Below are positions 23,375-32,000 of a stretch of DNA of 32,000 nucleotides, piece by piece. The notes under the pieces were generated by a model. That model was not told the origin of the DNA, made no database searches, and saw only the letters and a program-made list of their open reading frames with translations. Position 1 is the first letter of the stretch; every line of letters begins with the position of its first letter. Position numbers and translations under genes: made by a program. The DNA lies in assembly GCF_008189285.1 (NCBI RefSeq), contig NZ_CP043315.1, positions 390,001 to 422,000 on the forward strand, read 5' to 3'. The DNA comes from Candidatus Saccharimonadota bacterium. GTDB taxonomy: Bacteria > Pseudomonadota > Alphaproteobacteria > CAJXXZ01 > 1604HC.

Positions 23375-26299
23375 TTATGCGCTGTATACTCCAGCATCAA
23401 CCAACACTTCATGCATAATCTTCAAAGTGTGAACTTCTTTTATATTATACTTGTTGTCAGATCCAGCAACATTAATGCTAAACTTGCTCTTCATAAAATT
23501 ATGGAACTTACTATCAACTGTATCCATAACCAAAACACTCTTCTGAGAAGCGCTTGGCAAATTCTTCAAAAGATATTCATACATAGAATTCACACGCTTA
23601 TCTTGTAATTCTTCATCTTTCAAGCCTTCAATGGATGAATTTCCACTATTTATGTAGCTTATCAAGGAATCAGTTTTATCAAACTTCCCCACCAAGTCAT
23701 CAATGCTAATCTTACAGCACATCAAAACTAATCCATCATTATTTTTATCTCCATTTCTCAACCATTCTTTGAAGTATGGATTAATTAATGGGCTAACTAT
23801 GTCTCCATTATTATTTTCAATAACCATTTTTGAATGATGCTCACTATTTTTATTCACATAAAACAATAGGTAAGGAATAGTATTATCATCACGCTTTGTA
23901 ACATGATCATACAATGCTGGATTCATTTCTTTCAAAATCTTTCCGCAATCAGATTTCATGAGATTTTCAGCCTTAATTTGGAATAAAGAGTTATTGTTAG
24001 AATCATAATGTCTCAAACCATATCTTCCTTTCCCTTTTTGACCATCTGCATATATAACTTTAGCCAAAGTTTCTTTCTTTTCTTGTCCCAAAATCATTTG
24101 AGCTATAAACTTCTTATTGCTTTTTGTTGAAGCGTCATTATTAATTTGATTTCTAACATAATTGATTGTTTCATCGCTAATGTTGAATTTATTTTTAATA
24201 GCATTCAAAGCATTTTCAAAATCTGATTTTTCTAAGATATCAACCATTTCATTCAATTTTAATTCTACAGTTTTAGATTCAACTGCAAAGTCATTGCCAG
24301 TATTTTTTGTAGAGCTACTTAGAGCCTGTTTCATTAATCCTGACAAAGAATCTTTTTGAATATCATTTTGCTCATTAGCAGTTTTAGAAACTACTTTTTT
24401 AACATTTCCATTTCCTCTTTTTCTCTTTCCAGCCAATTTCTTGCTATTTTCTTTTGTAGTTTTAGAGGGCGCCAAAGATGATTTTTCCCCTTCAGGAAGT
24501 GTTTGCAATCTATTTGCTGCTGCTTTTAATCTTTTTGTAACAGTCTCATCAATTTTTACTTTCTCTTCATCTTGCTTGACATTCACCAATGGAGCAGGCT
24601 CTGCATTTGTTGATCTCAAAACATTTTGTTGATCAGCAAGAAGAGCTTTTTGCTCTCTTACTTTTTTTTCAGTTGCTAATAATGGAGCAGATTTTGCATT
24701 TGTTGACCTTAAAGTATTTTTTTCACTAAATAATTTGCTAAGCATAGGATTTCTCTTCAAGCCTGAGAAATGATGATCAGGATCAACTAAAGAACCTCTC
24801 TCCAACTCTGCAGGATTCTGATTTTTGACTTCAACCAAAGTTTCTTCGTCTGATGAATCAAGTCTCTCTTCTCCAGTTTGCGAATCAATCAAAATTTCTT
24901 TGTCTGATGAATCAAGTTTTTCTTCTTCAGTTTGTGGGTCAACCAAAATTTCTTCATCTGATAAATGAGATTCTAGCTCAGCTGCATCGCTAGCTTTTTG
25001 AGGAGTTCTTGGAGTTCTAGATCCAACCTCTATTGCTGACTCGTCTGTATTTCCTTGCAATACATCTAACATGAATTTATCTTTTAGCTGATCTTCTTTT
25101 TCTGAATCAGAATTTCTATTAGATACATCGGTAGAAGATGCAAATGCAACTCCATAACCCAAAGGAGAAGCTTCTGACTGAAGTTCTGACAAATCAGAAA
25201 CAACTAGAGATGTAGGCTGTCTTTCTGTGGTAGGTACTTCTATCAAATCACCAACAATTCGAGGTATAGGCTTTGATAATGAATTCAATGCTTTTGATCT
25301 TGATACTAAACCATCTTGCAAGTCTTGAGCCTCATCTTTTTCTGAAAAACCTAAATCTGCTTTTTGTTCTTCATGTGAGGATAACTGCGTTTCTATAGAT
25401 CTTTTATCTTCTACTTGAGGAGCGACTTGACTTGAGATCTCTGCAATTGGATTCGCGTTCCTAGCTTCAGCCAAGCTCTCTGCAATTGGATTCGCATCCT
25501 TAATCTCAGCTAAACTCTCTGAAATAATTGAAGGTTGAGATGGAGACAACACAACTCTCTTGGGAGCTTTTCCATCTTTTTGTGAATCACCAGCAAATGA
25601 TACATTTTTTGGAGATGTTGCAAATGCAGATCCACTTCTACTTCTAGCCGGACTTCCAGCTGGAGTTGTAACTTTAGAGCTTGCTAAACTACTTCTAGCC
25701 GATCTTCTTGCAAGCTTTTCCTTCTCCTCTTTTATATTCTCATCGCTTATAGCAAATCCAGAACCCTTTAATATACCTACTATCTCATCTAGTATATTTC
25801 CTATAATTCCATTGTCATAGCTTCCTAAATCAATTGCTTTGCTTTCATTGGTTAGTTTTTTCTCTGCATTCTTATAAAAAATCTGCCCATCCATCTTCGC
25901 AGACAATTTAGAAAAATCAAACCCAGTAATATTAAAATAATAATTTGCTTTGCTTAGCCCGGCAATGAGTTTTTTTGAATCAATTTTGCTTAATTTGCCC
26001 ATCTTATCAACAGAAAACCATGAACTACTATTTTGCAATTTGTTTTCCATAGAAAAATAAAAATTATTCTTTTGATCCCCAAGAACTATTTTTCCAAATA
26101 ATAAATCTTTTTCTTGATCTCTTATAGCCAACTGTATTCCTTTAAGCAAGTTTGCCAAATTATCTCTAACTGGCGCAGCTTTGCTATAAAACATATCTTG
26201 AGCTACACTACTTGCAGTTTTTTCAACCTTAGCAGGCATTGTGTTTGTATTTGAAATAGATAGCAAGCAAGCTAGCAGAATCAATGATTTTTTATTCAT
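23375..26299 (-). CDS. large secreted protein of unknown function (974 aa) with a repeat-rich, probably disordered centre
   Basis: It has a signal peptide (MNKKSLILLACLLSISNTNTMPA). The central ~450 aa is Ser/Glu/Asp/Pro-rich with internal repeats: SLAEIKDANPIAE/SLAEARNANPIAE, EEILVDPQTEEEKLDSSDKEILIDSQTGEERLDSSDEETLVEV, and NTLRSTNAKSAPL.../NVLRSTNAEPAPL. I recognise no known domain in the folded-looking N- and C-terminal parts. Confidence 0.7.
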   Translation of the reverse strand: MNKKSLILLACLLSISNTNTMPAKVEKTASSVAQDMFYSKAAPVRDNLANLLKGIQLAIRDQEKDLLFGKIVLGDQKNNFYFSMENKLQNSSSWFSVDKMGKLSKIDSKKLIAGLSKANYYFNITGFDFSKLSAKMDGQIFYKNAEKKLTNESKAIDLGSYDNGIIGNILDEIVGILKGSGFAISDENIKEEKEKLARRSARSSLASSKVTTPAGSPARSRSGSAFATSPKNVSFAGDSQKDGKAPKRVVLSPSQPSIISESLAEIKDANPIAESLAEARNANPIAEISSQVAPQVEDKRSIETQLSSHEEQKADLGFSEKDEAQDLQDGLVSRSKALNSLSKPIPRIVGDLIEVPTTERQPTSLVVSDLSELQSEASPLGYGVAFASSTDVSNRNSDSEKEDQLKDKFMLDVLQGNTDESAIEVGSRTPRTPQKASDAAELESHLSDEEILVDPQTEEEKLDSSDKEILIDSQTGEERLDSSDEETLVEVKNQNPAELERGSLVDPDHHFSGLKRNPMLSKLFSEKNTLRSTNAKSAPLLATEKKVREQKALLADQQNVLRSTNAEPAPLVNVKQDEEKVKIDETVTKRLKAAANRLQTLPEGEKSSLAPSKTTKENSKKLAGKRKRGNGNVKKVVSKTANEQNDIQKDSLSGLMKQALSSSTKNTGNDFAVESKTVELKLNEMVDILEKSDFENALNAIKNKFNISDETINYVRNQINNDASTKSNKKFIAQMILGQEKKETLAKVIYADGQKGKGRYGLRHYDSNNNSLFQIKAENLMKSDCGKILKEMNPALYDHVTKRDDNTIPYLLFYVNKNSEHHSKMVIENNNGDIVSPLINPYFKEWLRNGDKNNDGLVLMCCKISIDDLVGKFDKTDSLISYINSGNSSIEGLKDEELQDKRVNSMYEYLLKNLPSASQKSVLVMDTVDSKFHNFMKSKFSINVAGSDNKYNIKEVHTLKIMHEVLVDAGVYSA

Positions 26300-26542
26300 A
26301 TATCACTCCTCATTTTTTACAATTCTAATGATTAATTATTTATAAAAAATAAAAATACAATTAATTAATTATTAATTATGCAAAAATCTAAATAAAATTT
26401 GCTTCAATTTTATCTCTATATTAATGAAATGCTATCTTTAATTTTTATCATTTATTTATTGCATTTTTTCAAATTTCATGTATAATGCAAAATTAACTTG
26501 CAATTTCTTACTCTACAATGTGAAAATAACTTTGGAGGAAAA

Positions 26543-26752
26543 GTGAATGAAGAATTTATTGAAAACCTAAAAGACATTTATAAGAAAGCAACAAAAAAGA
26601 ATTTACTAAGCGTTGCTCTTAAATCACAAGAAATGATAGCAAGGTATTATGGGTATTTTTCAAAAAATACAAAAAAAGATATTTCAATGTTAAATCATAA
26701 TGAATTGAGTGAAATCTTAGGTGAAATCAAGAAGATGATAGGAGATAATTAA
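26543..26752 (+). CDS. small hypothetical protein (69 aa from a GTG start; the track ORF starts at a TTG at 26498)
   Basis: GGAGG lies 4 nt upstream of the in-frame GTG at 26543, and tataat is at 26481-26486. The segment LLSVALKSQEMIARYYGYFSKN faintly recalls the C-terminal helix of phage small terminase subunits, but this is unverified. Confidence 0.35.
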   Translation: MNEEFIENLKDIYKKATKKNLLSVALKSQEMIARYYGYFSKNTKKDISMLNHNELSEILGEIKKMIGDN

Positions 26753-26795
26753 ATGCGAGACTCCTAAAAACAATATAATCTTCCAAATTTGCTAA

Positions 26796-27302
26796 ATGAA
26801 TATCATAATAACAACAATGCATATAATTTTACATCTACCAAATTGGGACACTTTCCTGCAAACACAAATCAATCAGTCAAATTGCACAATAAAAACGTGG
26901 TCTCCAAATTTGGAAAAGAAAAGCCATCTTAATCCTTACCAAGTTGTACAAGAAATATTTTCAAAAATTAATGATGATGGATATTTTTTCCTTAGCTTTA
27001 TAAAGTGTGGAAGATTTTATTTTTCCCCGCCAGAAAATGATCAAGAAGCGTGCGAAGTAATTAAAAAGATGGAAGGAAGACGAACTAGAATATATTACGC
27101 TCTCAGACAACCTAATGCAAAATACAAAATATCCGAAGAATGGATCATGTTGAAACGAATGAATGATTCAGAAAGACTGCTAACAGCTCCAAAACTTAAG
27201 AATTATCAGGAATTTTTAAGATTATCTGGACAATCTGTAATATTAAAATCAGGATCAACAAGAAACCCATTCAATTTATTGCATAATCATAATATTATAT
27301 GA
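26796..27302 (+). CDS. hypothetical protein (168 aa)
   Basis: This is an open frame only. No motif is recognised and no clear RBS was seen. It sits 43 nt after the preceding small ORF. Confidence 0.3.
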   Translation: MNIIITTMHIILHLPNWDTFLQTQINQSNCTIKTWSPNLEKKSHLNPYQVVQEIFSKINDDGYFFLSFIKCGRFYFSPPENDQEACEVIKKMEGRRTRIYYALRQPNAKYKISEEWIMLKRMNDSERLLTAPKLKNYQEFLRLSGQSVILKSGSTRNPFNLLHNHNII

Positions 27303-27413
27303 CATGTCATCATCAGATTAAATTATCACAAAAACTGCAAATACAACTCAAATTACCAAAGGAAACCTAATTATCTTATAATATTATGCAAAACATTAAT
27401 CACAATTTATATT

Positions 27414-28802
27414 TTAAAATAACTCATAGTTAATTTCATCAACTTCTACTTCCACACCTTGTTTTGCTAGCTCAATAACTCCGTAATCTATTGGATATTG
27501 CTCATATTTCCCTAGCCCATGATAGCGTATGGTAAGATTTTTTAACTTAGGAAAATGCGTCAAAGCATAGTACAGATTTGTTACTGATCGATTTGTTGCT
27601 ATATCTATATATAAATCAGTCACAGAGCTTGATTTAAGATCTATTCCTAATGTAACTTGATTGATTGTTTTGAAATACAATTTTTTCCTTGCAATCCTTT
27701 TTTCTTCAATTTCTTCAATTTCTTCATCTGTTAGACTTTCAATTTCTTCATCTTCTTCATCTATCATATCTTCTATTCTTACAATCTCTTCATCTTTATT
27801 TTCAACTATCAGATTCTCTAAGTTTTTAAGATCCCAAATAAAATTAGGTATTTTATACAAATCGACATTAAAATCATCTGATTCATCATCATCATCATCA
27901 TACTCAACAGGAAAATCAAGCATTATATTAACCGTCTCAACATTAGGTATTTTATCGGAGCATATTTCATGTGATCTTGCATGTCTAATTGTTAGTTTCT
28001 TCAAACTATCTAGTTGAACATCTATTTTACATAAGCAGTCATAAAGAGTTAAAATTTTGATATTCGGAAACTTGCTTACAATAATATCAATATCTGCCTG
28101 ACTTACTATTTCTAGTTCGTCGATTGATGAGAAATTTGCCATAATTCTATTTATTTGATCGATATTTGCATTAGGATCATTTACAATTATTTTTGAATTT
28201 TCAAAACTACATCTACTTATTAATTTCAGAGAATTTTGAGCTATCTCTTTCAATAATGGCTCTTTTGTATCATTAAGAATATCTGCAATTTCCTTTAATT
28301 CAAATGAAGCATTTTTGATATGATAAGTTAAATCTTCATTGTAATCTGAACAATAACCTATACAGGATAAATAAATAAATTGATTGACAGCTTTGTGTGT
28401 TAATGCACTTAAATTTCTGTGATGCTCTTCTGGATCATTTGAGCGGAGGACACATAATTCTTCTGCAAGCTCTCTAAGATATGTATCTTCAATTGAGCTA
28501 GCACTTAGCATAAGCGCATCTTTTATTTCTGATAAACCACTTTGTTCTGTTAGTTCTGTTTCAGATATTGTGCTGATATATTTAATAAGACTGTCTTTAT
28601 CGCCTTCCATATCAATATCTTCCATATCAATATCTTTAATTATAGTAATATGTTTAAGTTTTTTATCCTGCACAATTTTGTAAGTACATGAAAGTACACT
28701 CATTGCATTATGATCAAATTCCTTGAATTGAAAATTGCTTGCTGCATTCGAATAATTCGATGATAATACAAACAATGCTAAAGCTGATTTAATAATATTC
28801 AT
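27414..28802 (-). CDS. secreted LRR-like family protein, paralogue B, with acidic insertions
   Basis: It has a signal-like N-terminus (MNIIKSALALFVLSSNYSNA|AS). The first ~120 aa are near-identical to paralogue A. It shares the internal block IAQNSLKLISRCSFENS and the motif IWDLKNLENL, and ends FPKLKNLTIRY... There are extra acidic runs (YDDDDDESDDF; EDMIDEEDEEIESLTDEEIEEIEEK). It starts 31 nt after the stop of the nlpD-like gene. Confidence 0.6.
   Translation of the reverse strand: MNIIKSALALFVLSSNYSNAASNFQFKEFDHNAMSVLSCTYKIVQDKKLKHITIIKDIDMEDIDMEGDKDSLIKYISTISETELTEQSGLSEIKDALMLSASSIEDTYLRELAEELCVLRSNDPEEHHRNLSALTHKAVNQFIYLSCIGYCSDYNEDLTYHIKNASFELKEIADILNDTKEPLLKEIAQNSLKLISRCSFENSKIIVNDPNANIDQINRIMANFSSIDELEIVSQADIDIIVSKFPNIKILTLYDCLCKIDVQLDSLKKLTIRHARSHEICSDKIPNVETVNIMLDFPVEYDDDDDESDDFNVDLYKIPNFIWDLKNLENLIVENKDEEIVRIEDMIDEEDEEIESLTDEEIEEIEEKRIARKKLYFKTINQVTLGIDLKSSSVTDLYIDIATNRSVTNLYYALTHFPKLKNLTIRYHGLGKYEQYPIDYGVIELAKQGVEVEVDEINYELF
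28485..28697. repeat. right copy of the 213-bp near-identical inverted repeat (the partner is 20700-20912)
   Basis: See the partner entry; coordinates were derived by direct comparison of the two strands. Confidence 0.85.
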
Positions 28803-28833
28803 GAGTTGAATTTACTAAGTTTATTAAAAAATC

Positions 28834-29697
28834 TCAATACCTCTTAGCGTATTCAATTTTTTCTGGATCTATATATTTTTTCCCATCCCAAATTCTTATA
28901 AAAATATTTCCGGCTGAGTAGCCTATTTTATCTCCCTGCTTAACCAAATCTCCTTTTTTCACAAAGATCTCAGCTAAATTACTATAAGTAACTAACCAGC
29001 TCAAATTACCTACATCTTTCTTTATATATATCGTATTATTAGCTTTTTCAATAAACATAACCAAGCCATCATACGGCGCAAAAATATTCCCTGTGCCTAC
29101 AACAAACACTCCATCACGCCTTTTTCCATGTCTCTGAGAAAATGGAAGAGATTTATCTATTTTTCCATTAGAAGTAGGAAACAATATGCTAGATTTATCA
29201 ATTTCTTCTTTAGGGTCATTCTTTTTATCAGTTTCCTGACCATTTTTCTTAAATTGCTCTGCAGAATCATTGTCTTTCTTGGCTTTCGCTTTGCTTTCTT
29301 TAGCATCTCCCGCAACGATTTTAATTTGCTTTTTCTTTTCAATTTCTTGATCAATCTTAATTTCTGCAAGCTCTTTATCAAGATCTTGCTTTAATTCATC
29401 ATCAATTTCATGCAATTCTTCAGTTTTTCCAAGCTTTTCCTTGTCAGATATTTGCTCGTCATCTTTATAAAGTATTTTAGCTCTCGTTTCTATTTTGGAA
29501 TAAGAAAGTTTTTGCCCTGCATTAATAATATAAGGATGCTTTAAATTATTCTTTTCTATTAGATGTTTTTTATTTATGCCATATTTTTCAGAAATTGTAT
29601 CCAATGTATCTCCTGAATCAGCCACAACAAATTTTATAGGCTTCTTTTCACATCCAAGCAAAACCAAACAAAATACATACGACGCTATTTTCAACAT
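28834..29697 (-). CDS. NlpD-like lipoprotein: LysM domain plus a degenerate LytM (M23) domain
   Basis: It has a lipobox (LVLLGC), a LysM domain (FVVADSGDTLDTISEKYGINKKHLIEKNNLKHPYIINAGQKLSY) and a Lys/Glu-rich linker. The C-terminal M23-like fold (APYDGLVMFIEK...VTYSNLAEIFVKKGDLVKQGDKIGYSAGNIFIRIWDGKKYIDP) has non-His residues at the HxxxD and HxH positions. The start overlaps the serS stop (ATGTTGA). Confidence 0.7.
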   Translation of the reverse strand: MLKIASYVFCLVLLGCEKKPIKFVVADSGDTLDTISEKYGINKKHLIEKNNLKHPYIINAGQKLSYSKIETRAKILYKDDEQISDKEKLGKTEELHEIDDELKQDLDKELAEIKIDQEIEKKKQIKIVAGDAKESKAKAKKDNDSAEQFKKNGQETDKKNDPKEEIDKSSILFPTSNGKIDKSLPFSQRHGKRRDGVFVVGTGNIFAPYDGLVMFIEKANNTIYIKKDVGNLSWLVTYSNLAEIFVKKGDLVKQGDKIGYSAGNIFIRIWDGKKYIDPEKIEYAKRY

Positions 29698-30917
29698 TTA
29701 AAACTCTCCATTCCAACATAAGATTGCAAAACATTCGGTATATGCAAAATTCTTTCATCTTTATTATAATAATTCTCAAGTATGGCCGCCAATGTTCTTC
29801 CTACAGCCAATGCAGAACAATTCAAAGTATGAGCAAAATACTTTTTTCCTTCATGAGCATATCGTGTATTCATTCTTCTAGCTTGGAAATCTCCACAATT
29901 GGAACAACTAGAAATCTCAACATATTTTCTAACTCCAGCCATCCACACCTCTATGTCAAATTGTCTTTTCGCTGTAAATCCAATATCTCCTGAGCAAATT
30001 TCCACAATTCTGTAAGGGAGCTGCAGCTTTTGAAGCAATTTCTCCGCATGATTCAACATAAACATATGCTCATCCTCTGATTTATCTTGTGTTGTGATTG
30101 AAACAATTTCTACTTTCTGAAACTGATGCAATCTAATCAATCCTTTTGTGTCTCGCCCAGCCGACCCTGCTTCTTTTCTAAAACAATGACTCAAAGCAGT
30201 AAATCTCATAGGAAATTCATCAGATTTTGCCAACCTTCCTTGAACAACATTTATCAAAGGAACTTCTCCGGTAGGAATAAGCGCTTTATCTTGCATTACA
30301 AATAAATCATCTCTAAATTTAGGCAACTGACCTGAATTATACAATGCAGATTCCTTAACAATAAAAGGAACTGAAATTTCATCAAAACCATTATCTATGT
30401 TAAAATCTAACATCCAATTAGCAATTGATCTTTCTAATTTTGATAAAATACCTTTCATCATAGCAAATCTAGATCCAGAAATATCAGCAGAATTAATCCA
30501 CAAACCCATCTCATCCATTATTTCATCATGAGAAACATTTCTTTCCTCTGGATTTCCCCACTTCTTAATTTCCACATTATCATTATCATCTTTGCCGCTT
30601 GGAGTATGGTCAGAAATAATATTTGGAACAGTTGATAAAATACTATTCAACTCCTCGCTAATTTCTTTTTCTTCCTGCTCTAGTTTTTGAATTTCTGCTT
30701 TTATTCTTTTGCCCTCTTCAATATCTCTGTTTTTAGCAGCGATTTTTGATTTTTGCCTCAAATTATTCAACTCATTAACTGCGCTACGCCATTTTTTATC
30801 TGCATCCAATATTTTTTCTGATTGTGCATTAGAACCACGATCAATAAAATTCTTATCTAACTTATCTGGATTTTCTCTAATCCAATTTAAATCCAACATA
30901 TAATCTAAATCTAACAT
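29691..30917 (-). CDS. serS: seryl-tRNA synthetase; the true start may be the second Met at 30899
   Basis: It has an N-terminal coiled-coil arm (MLDLNWIRENPDKL...). The class II core motifs are FRDDLF, LIPTGEVPL, RFTALSHCFRKEAGSAGRDTKGLIRLHQFQKVE, FDIEVWMAG...EISSCSNCGDFQARR and LNCSALAVGRTLAAILENY. Confidence 0.92.
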   Translation of the reverse strand: MLDLDYMLDLNWIRENPDKLDKNFIDRGSNAQSEKILDADKKWRSAVNELNNLRQKSKIAAKNRDIEEGKRIKAEIQKLEQEEKEISEELNSILSTVPNIISDHTPSGKDDNDNVEIKKWGNPEERNVSHDEIMDEMGLWINSADISGSRFAMMKGILSKLERSIANWMLDFNIDNGFDEISVPFIVKESALYNSGQLPKFRDDLFVMQDKALIPTGEVPLINVVQGRLAKSDEFPMRFTALSHCFRKEAGSAGRDTKGLIRLHQFQKVEIVSITTQDKSEDEHMFMLNHAEKLLQKLQLPYRIVEICSGDIGFTAKRQFDIEVWMAGVRKYVEISSCSNCGDFQARRMNTRYAHEGKKYFAHTLNCSALAVGRTLAAILENYYNKDERILHIPNVLQSYVGMESFKC

Positions 30918-31101
30918 ACAATTTCATTCATATAAATAAAACTCTATTAATTTATGTGAATTAACACTAGCATGCTAATATTTATATAAATTACATGAAA
31001 AGTTGTTTCATTTAATAAAAATTAATTCAATTAATAGATAATCAACAAAGATTATGAAATCAATTATTGACATATCTATATATAAATACCATAATTGAGC
31101 T

Positions 31102-31380
31102 ATGTTAAACGCTGTTGTACAATCAAGTGGACATCAATATATAGTAAGCGAAGGTTCTTTTATCAAGCACCCAACATTAAACAACAATGTTGGAAGCGTG
31201 ATTAAGTTCAATAGCATTTGGTCTACCGGTAAAAAATGCACTGTTGAAGCTGAAGTTTTGAAGCATAGCAGGCATAAAAAAGTAATCGTATTTAAAAAAA
31301 TTAGAAGACATAATCATAGAAAGTTTAATACCCATAGACAGGGTTACACTCTTTTACAGATTAAGAGCATTAAGGAATAG
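31102..31380 (+). CDS. rplU: 50S ribosomal protein L21
   Basis: MLNAVVQSSGHQYIVSEGSFIK... with ...KVIVFKKIRRHNHRKFNTHRQGYTLLQI fits the L21 pattern (YAVixxGGKQYkV; kkRRKxyrrkxGHRQ). It is immediately upstream of rpmA, as in most bacteria. Confidence 0.9.
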   Translation: MLNAVVQSSGHQYIVSEGSFIKHPTLNNNVGSVIKFNSIWSTGKKCTVEAEVLKHSRHKKVIVFKKIRRHNHRKFNTHRQGYTLLQIKSIKE

Positions 31381-31391
31381 GGGAATCTTAG

Positions 31392-31688
31392 ATGGCACAG
31401 AAAAAAGCTGGTGGTAGTACTAGTAATGGTAGAGATAGCGCAGGTAGAAGACTTGGTGTTAAAAAATTCGGTGGAGAATTTGCCAGAGCTGGAAACATTA
31501 TTATAAGACAAAGAGGAACTAAATTCTATCCAGGAAAAAATGTTGGAATGGGTAGAGATCATACTTTATTCGCTCTTAAAGATGGAGATGTTTCTTTTGA
31601 ATACAAATTAAACAGAAAATTCGTCACTGTCACAGAAGACTCAGAGATGGTAATTATCAAATCTGAAAATTCAGACAAGCCAAACTAA
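31392..31688 (+). CDS. rpmA: 50S ribosomal protein L27 with a short C-terminal extension
   Basis: [70 protein letters not shown] is an almost canonical L27 sequence. Confidence 0.93.
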   Translation: MAQKKAGGSTSNGRDSAGRRLGVKKFGGEFARAGNIIIRQRGTKFYPGKNVGMGRDHTLFALKDGDVSFEYKLNRKFVTVTEDSEMVIIKSENSDKPN

Positions 31689-32000
31689 TTATTCATAATT
31701 AGCAGGTTTCATATAAATTGTATTAATTTTTTTGATATAATTTAAAATCTTAAAAAATAAATCGAAAGAAATTTAAATTTTTCACATTTAAAATATAGAG
31801 ATGTTTGAATTTCAAATTCATTGATCTAATTATAAGCTTTCATTTAAACTTAAACTTTTTTTCGAAATGCAAATTTAAATAAAAATATTGTAGAAATAAC
31901 AACTCAATCATTATTTATAGCTTTGCAAATTAATTTAGAAGATTTGAAAAATAAAAATTTACAAAAAAGAAAATAGAAATTAAATCTGCTTACTAAGTAA

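Noticed and set aside
27661-28017. A 118-aa poly-Ser-rich ORF lies on the + strand.
   Set aside because: It is antisense to the acidic (GAA/GAT-rich) insertions of LRR-like paralogue B. The Ser runs are the reverse-complement reading of Glu/Asp codons, so this is a mirror artefact.
29128-29394. Two overlapping ORFs (88 aa on +, and 74 aa on - at 29157-29381) lie inside the nlpD-like gene.
   Set aside because: They are alternative-frame or antisense readings of the Lys/Glu-rich low-complexity linker of the NlpD-like protein. The long frame with lipobox, LysM and LytM explains the region.
1-32000. I looked for mobile elements (transposase, integrase, IS inverted repeats), rRNA genes, tmRNA, RNase P RNA and SRP RNA signatures.
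   Set aside because: No transposase- or integrase-like ORF was seen. I also saw none of the conserved RNA motifs I can recognise by eye (for example the GAGGAAAGTCC motif of RNase P, or a tmRNA tag-reading frame). Absence by eye is not proof, and an Infernal scan would be needed.

Overview
The window is very AT-rich (roughly 70% A+T by eye) and looks like part of a compact, host-associated bacterial chromosome. The L33 sequence and gene content suggest an alphaproteobacterium-like endosymbiont, but taxonomy cannot be settled from this window. Housekeeping genes are tightly packed, several with ATGA-type start/stop overlaps: fabD, ligA, tadA, lgt, cvpA, radA, pal, nusA, rpmG, tRNA-Phe, an nlpD-like gene, serS, rplU and rpmA. 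Accessory content is interleaved with them. (1) A type VI secretion system (T6SS) is present only as two separated fragments: tssF-tssG on the + strand (738-3385), and on the - strand a single 663-codon ORF joining TssB and TssC end to end (7023-9014), followed 2 nt later by a divergent Hcp-like gene. A BamD-like gene and ligA lie between the fragments. (2) A three-member family of signal-peptide-bearing, LRR-like proteins is present. Two members are convergent and share a near-identical 213-bp core; they bracket a segment holding tRNA-Phe, rpmG, a 974-aa repeat-rich secreted protein and two orphan ORFs. The third member appears frame-disrupted. (3) Two tandem outer-membrane beta-barrel paralogues have duplicated promoter regions, conserved ends and variable middles; a two-block 13-bp tandem array lies between them. 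(4) A 419-aa Cys-rich protein has a prepilin-type N-terminus. (5) Several other intergenic tandem arrays occur (51-bp, about 112-bp, 9-bp). I recognised no CRISPR array, rRNA, transposase or integrase. All product calls rest on motif recognition by eye; no database search or HMM was run.
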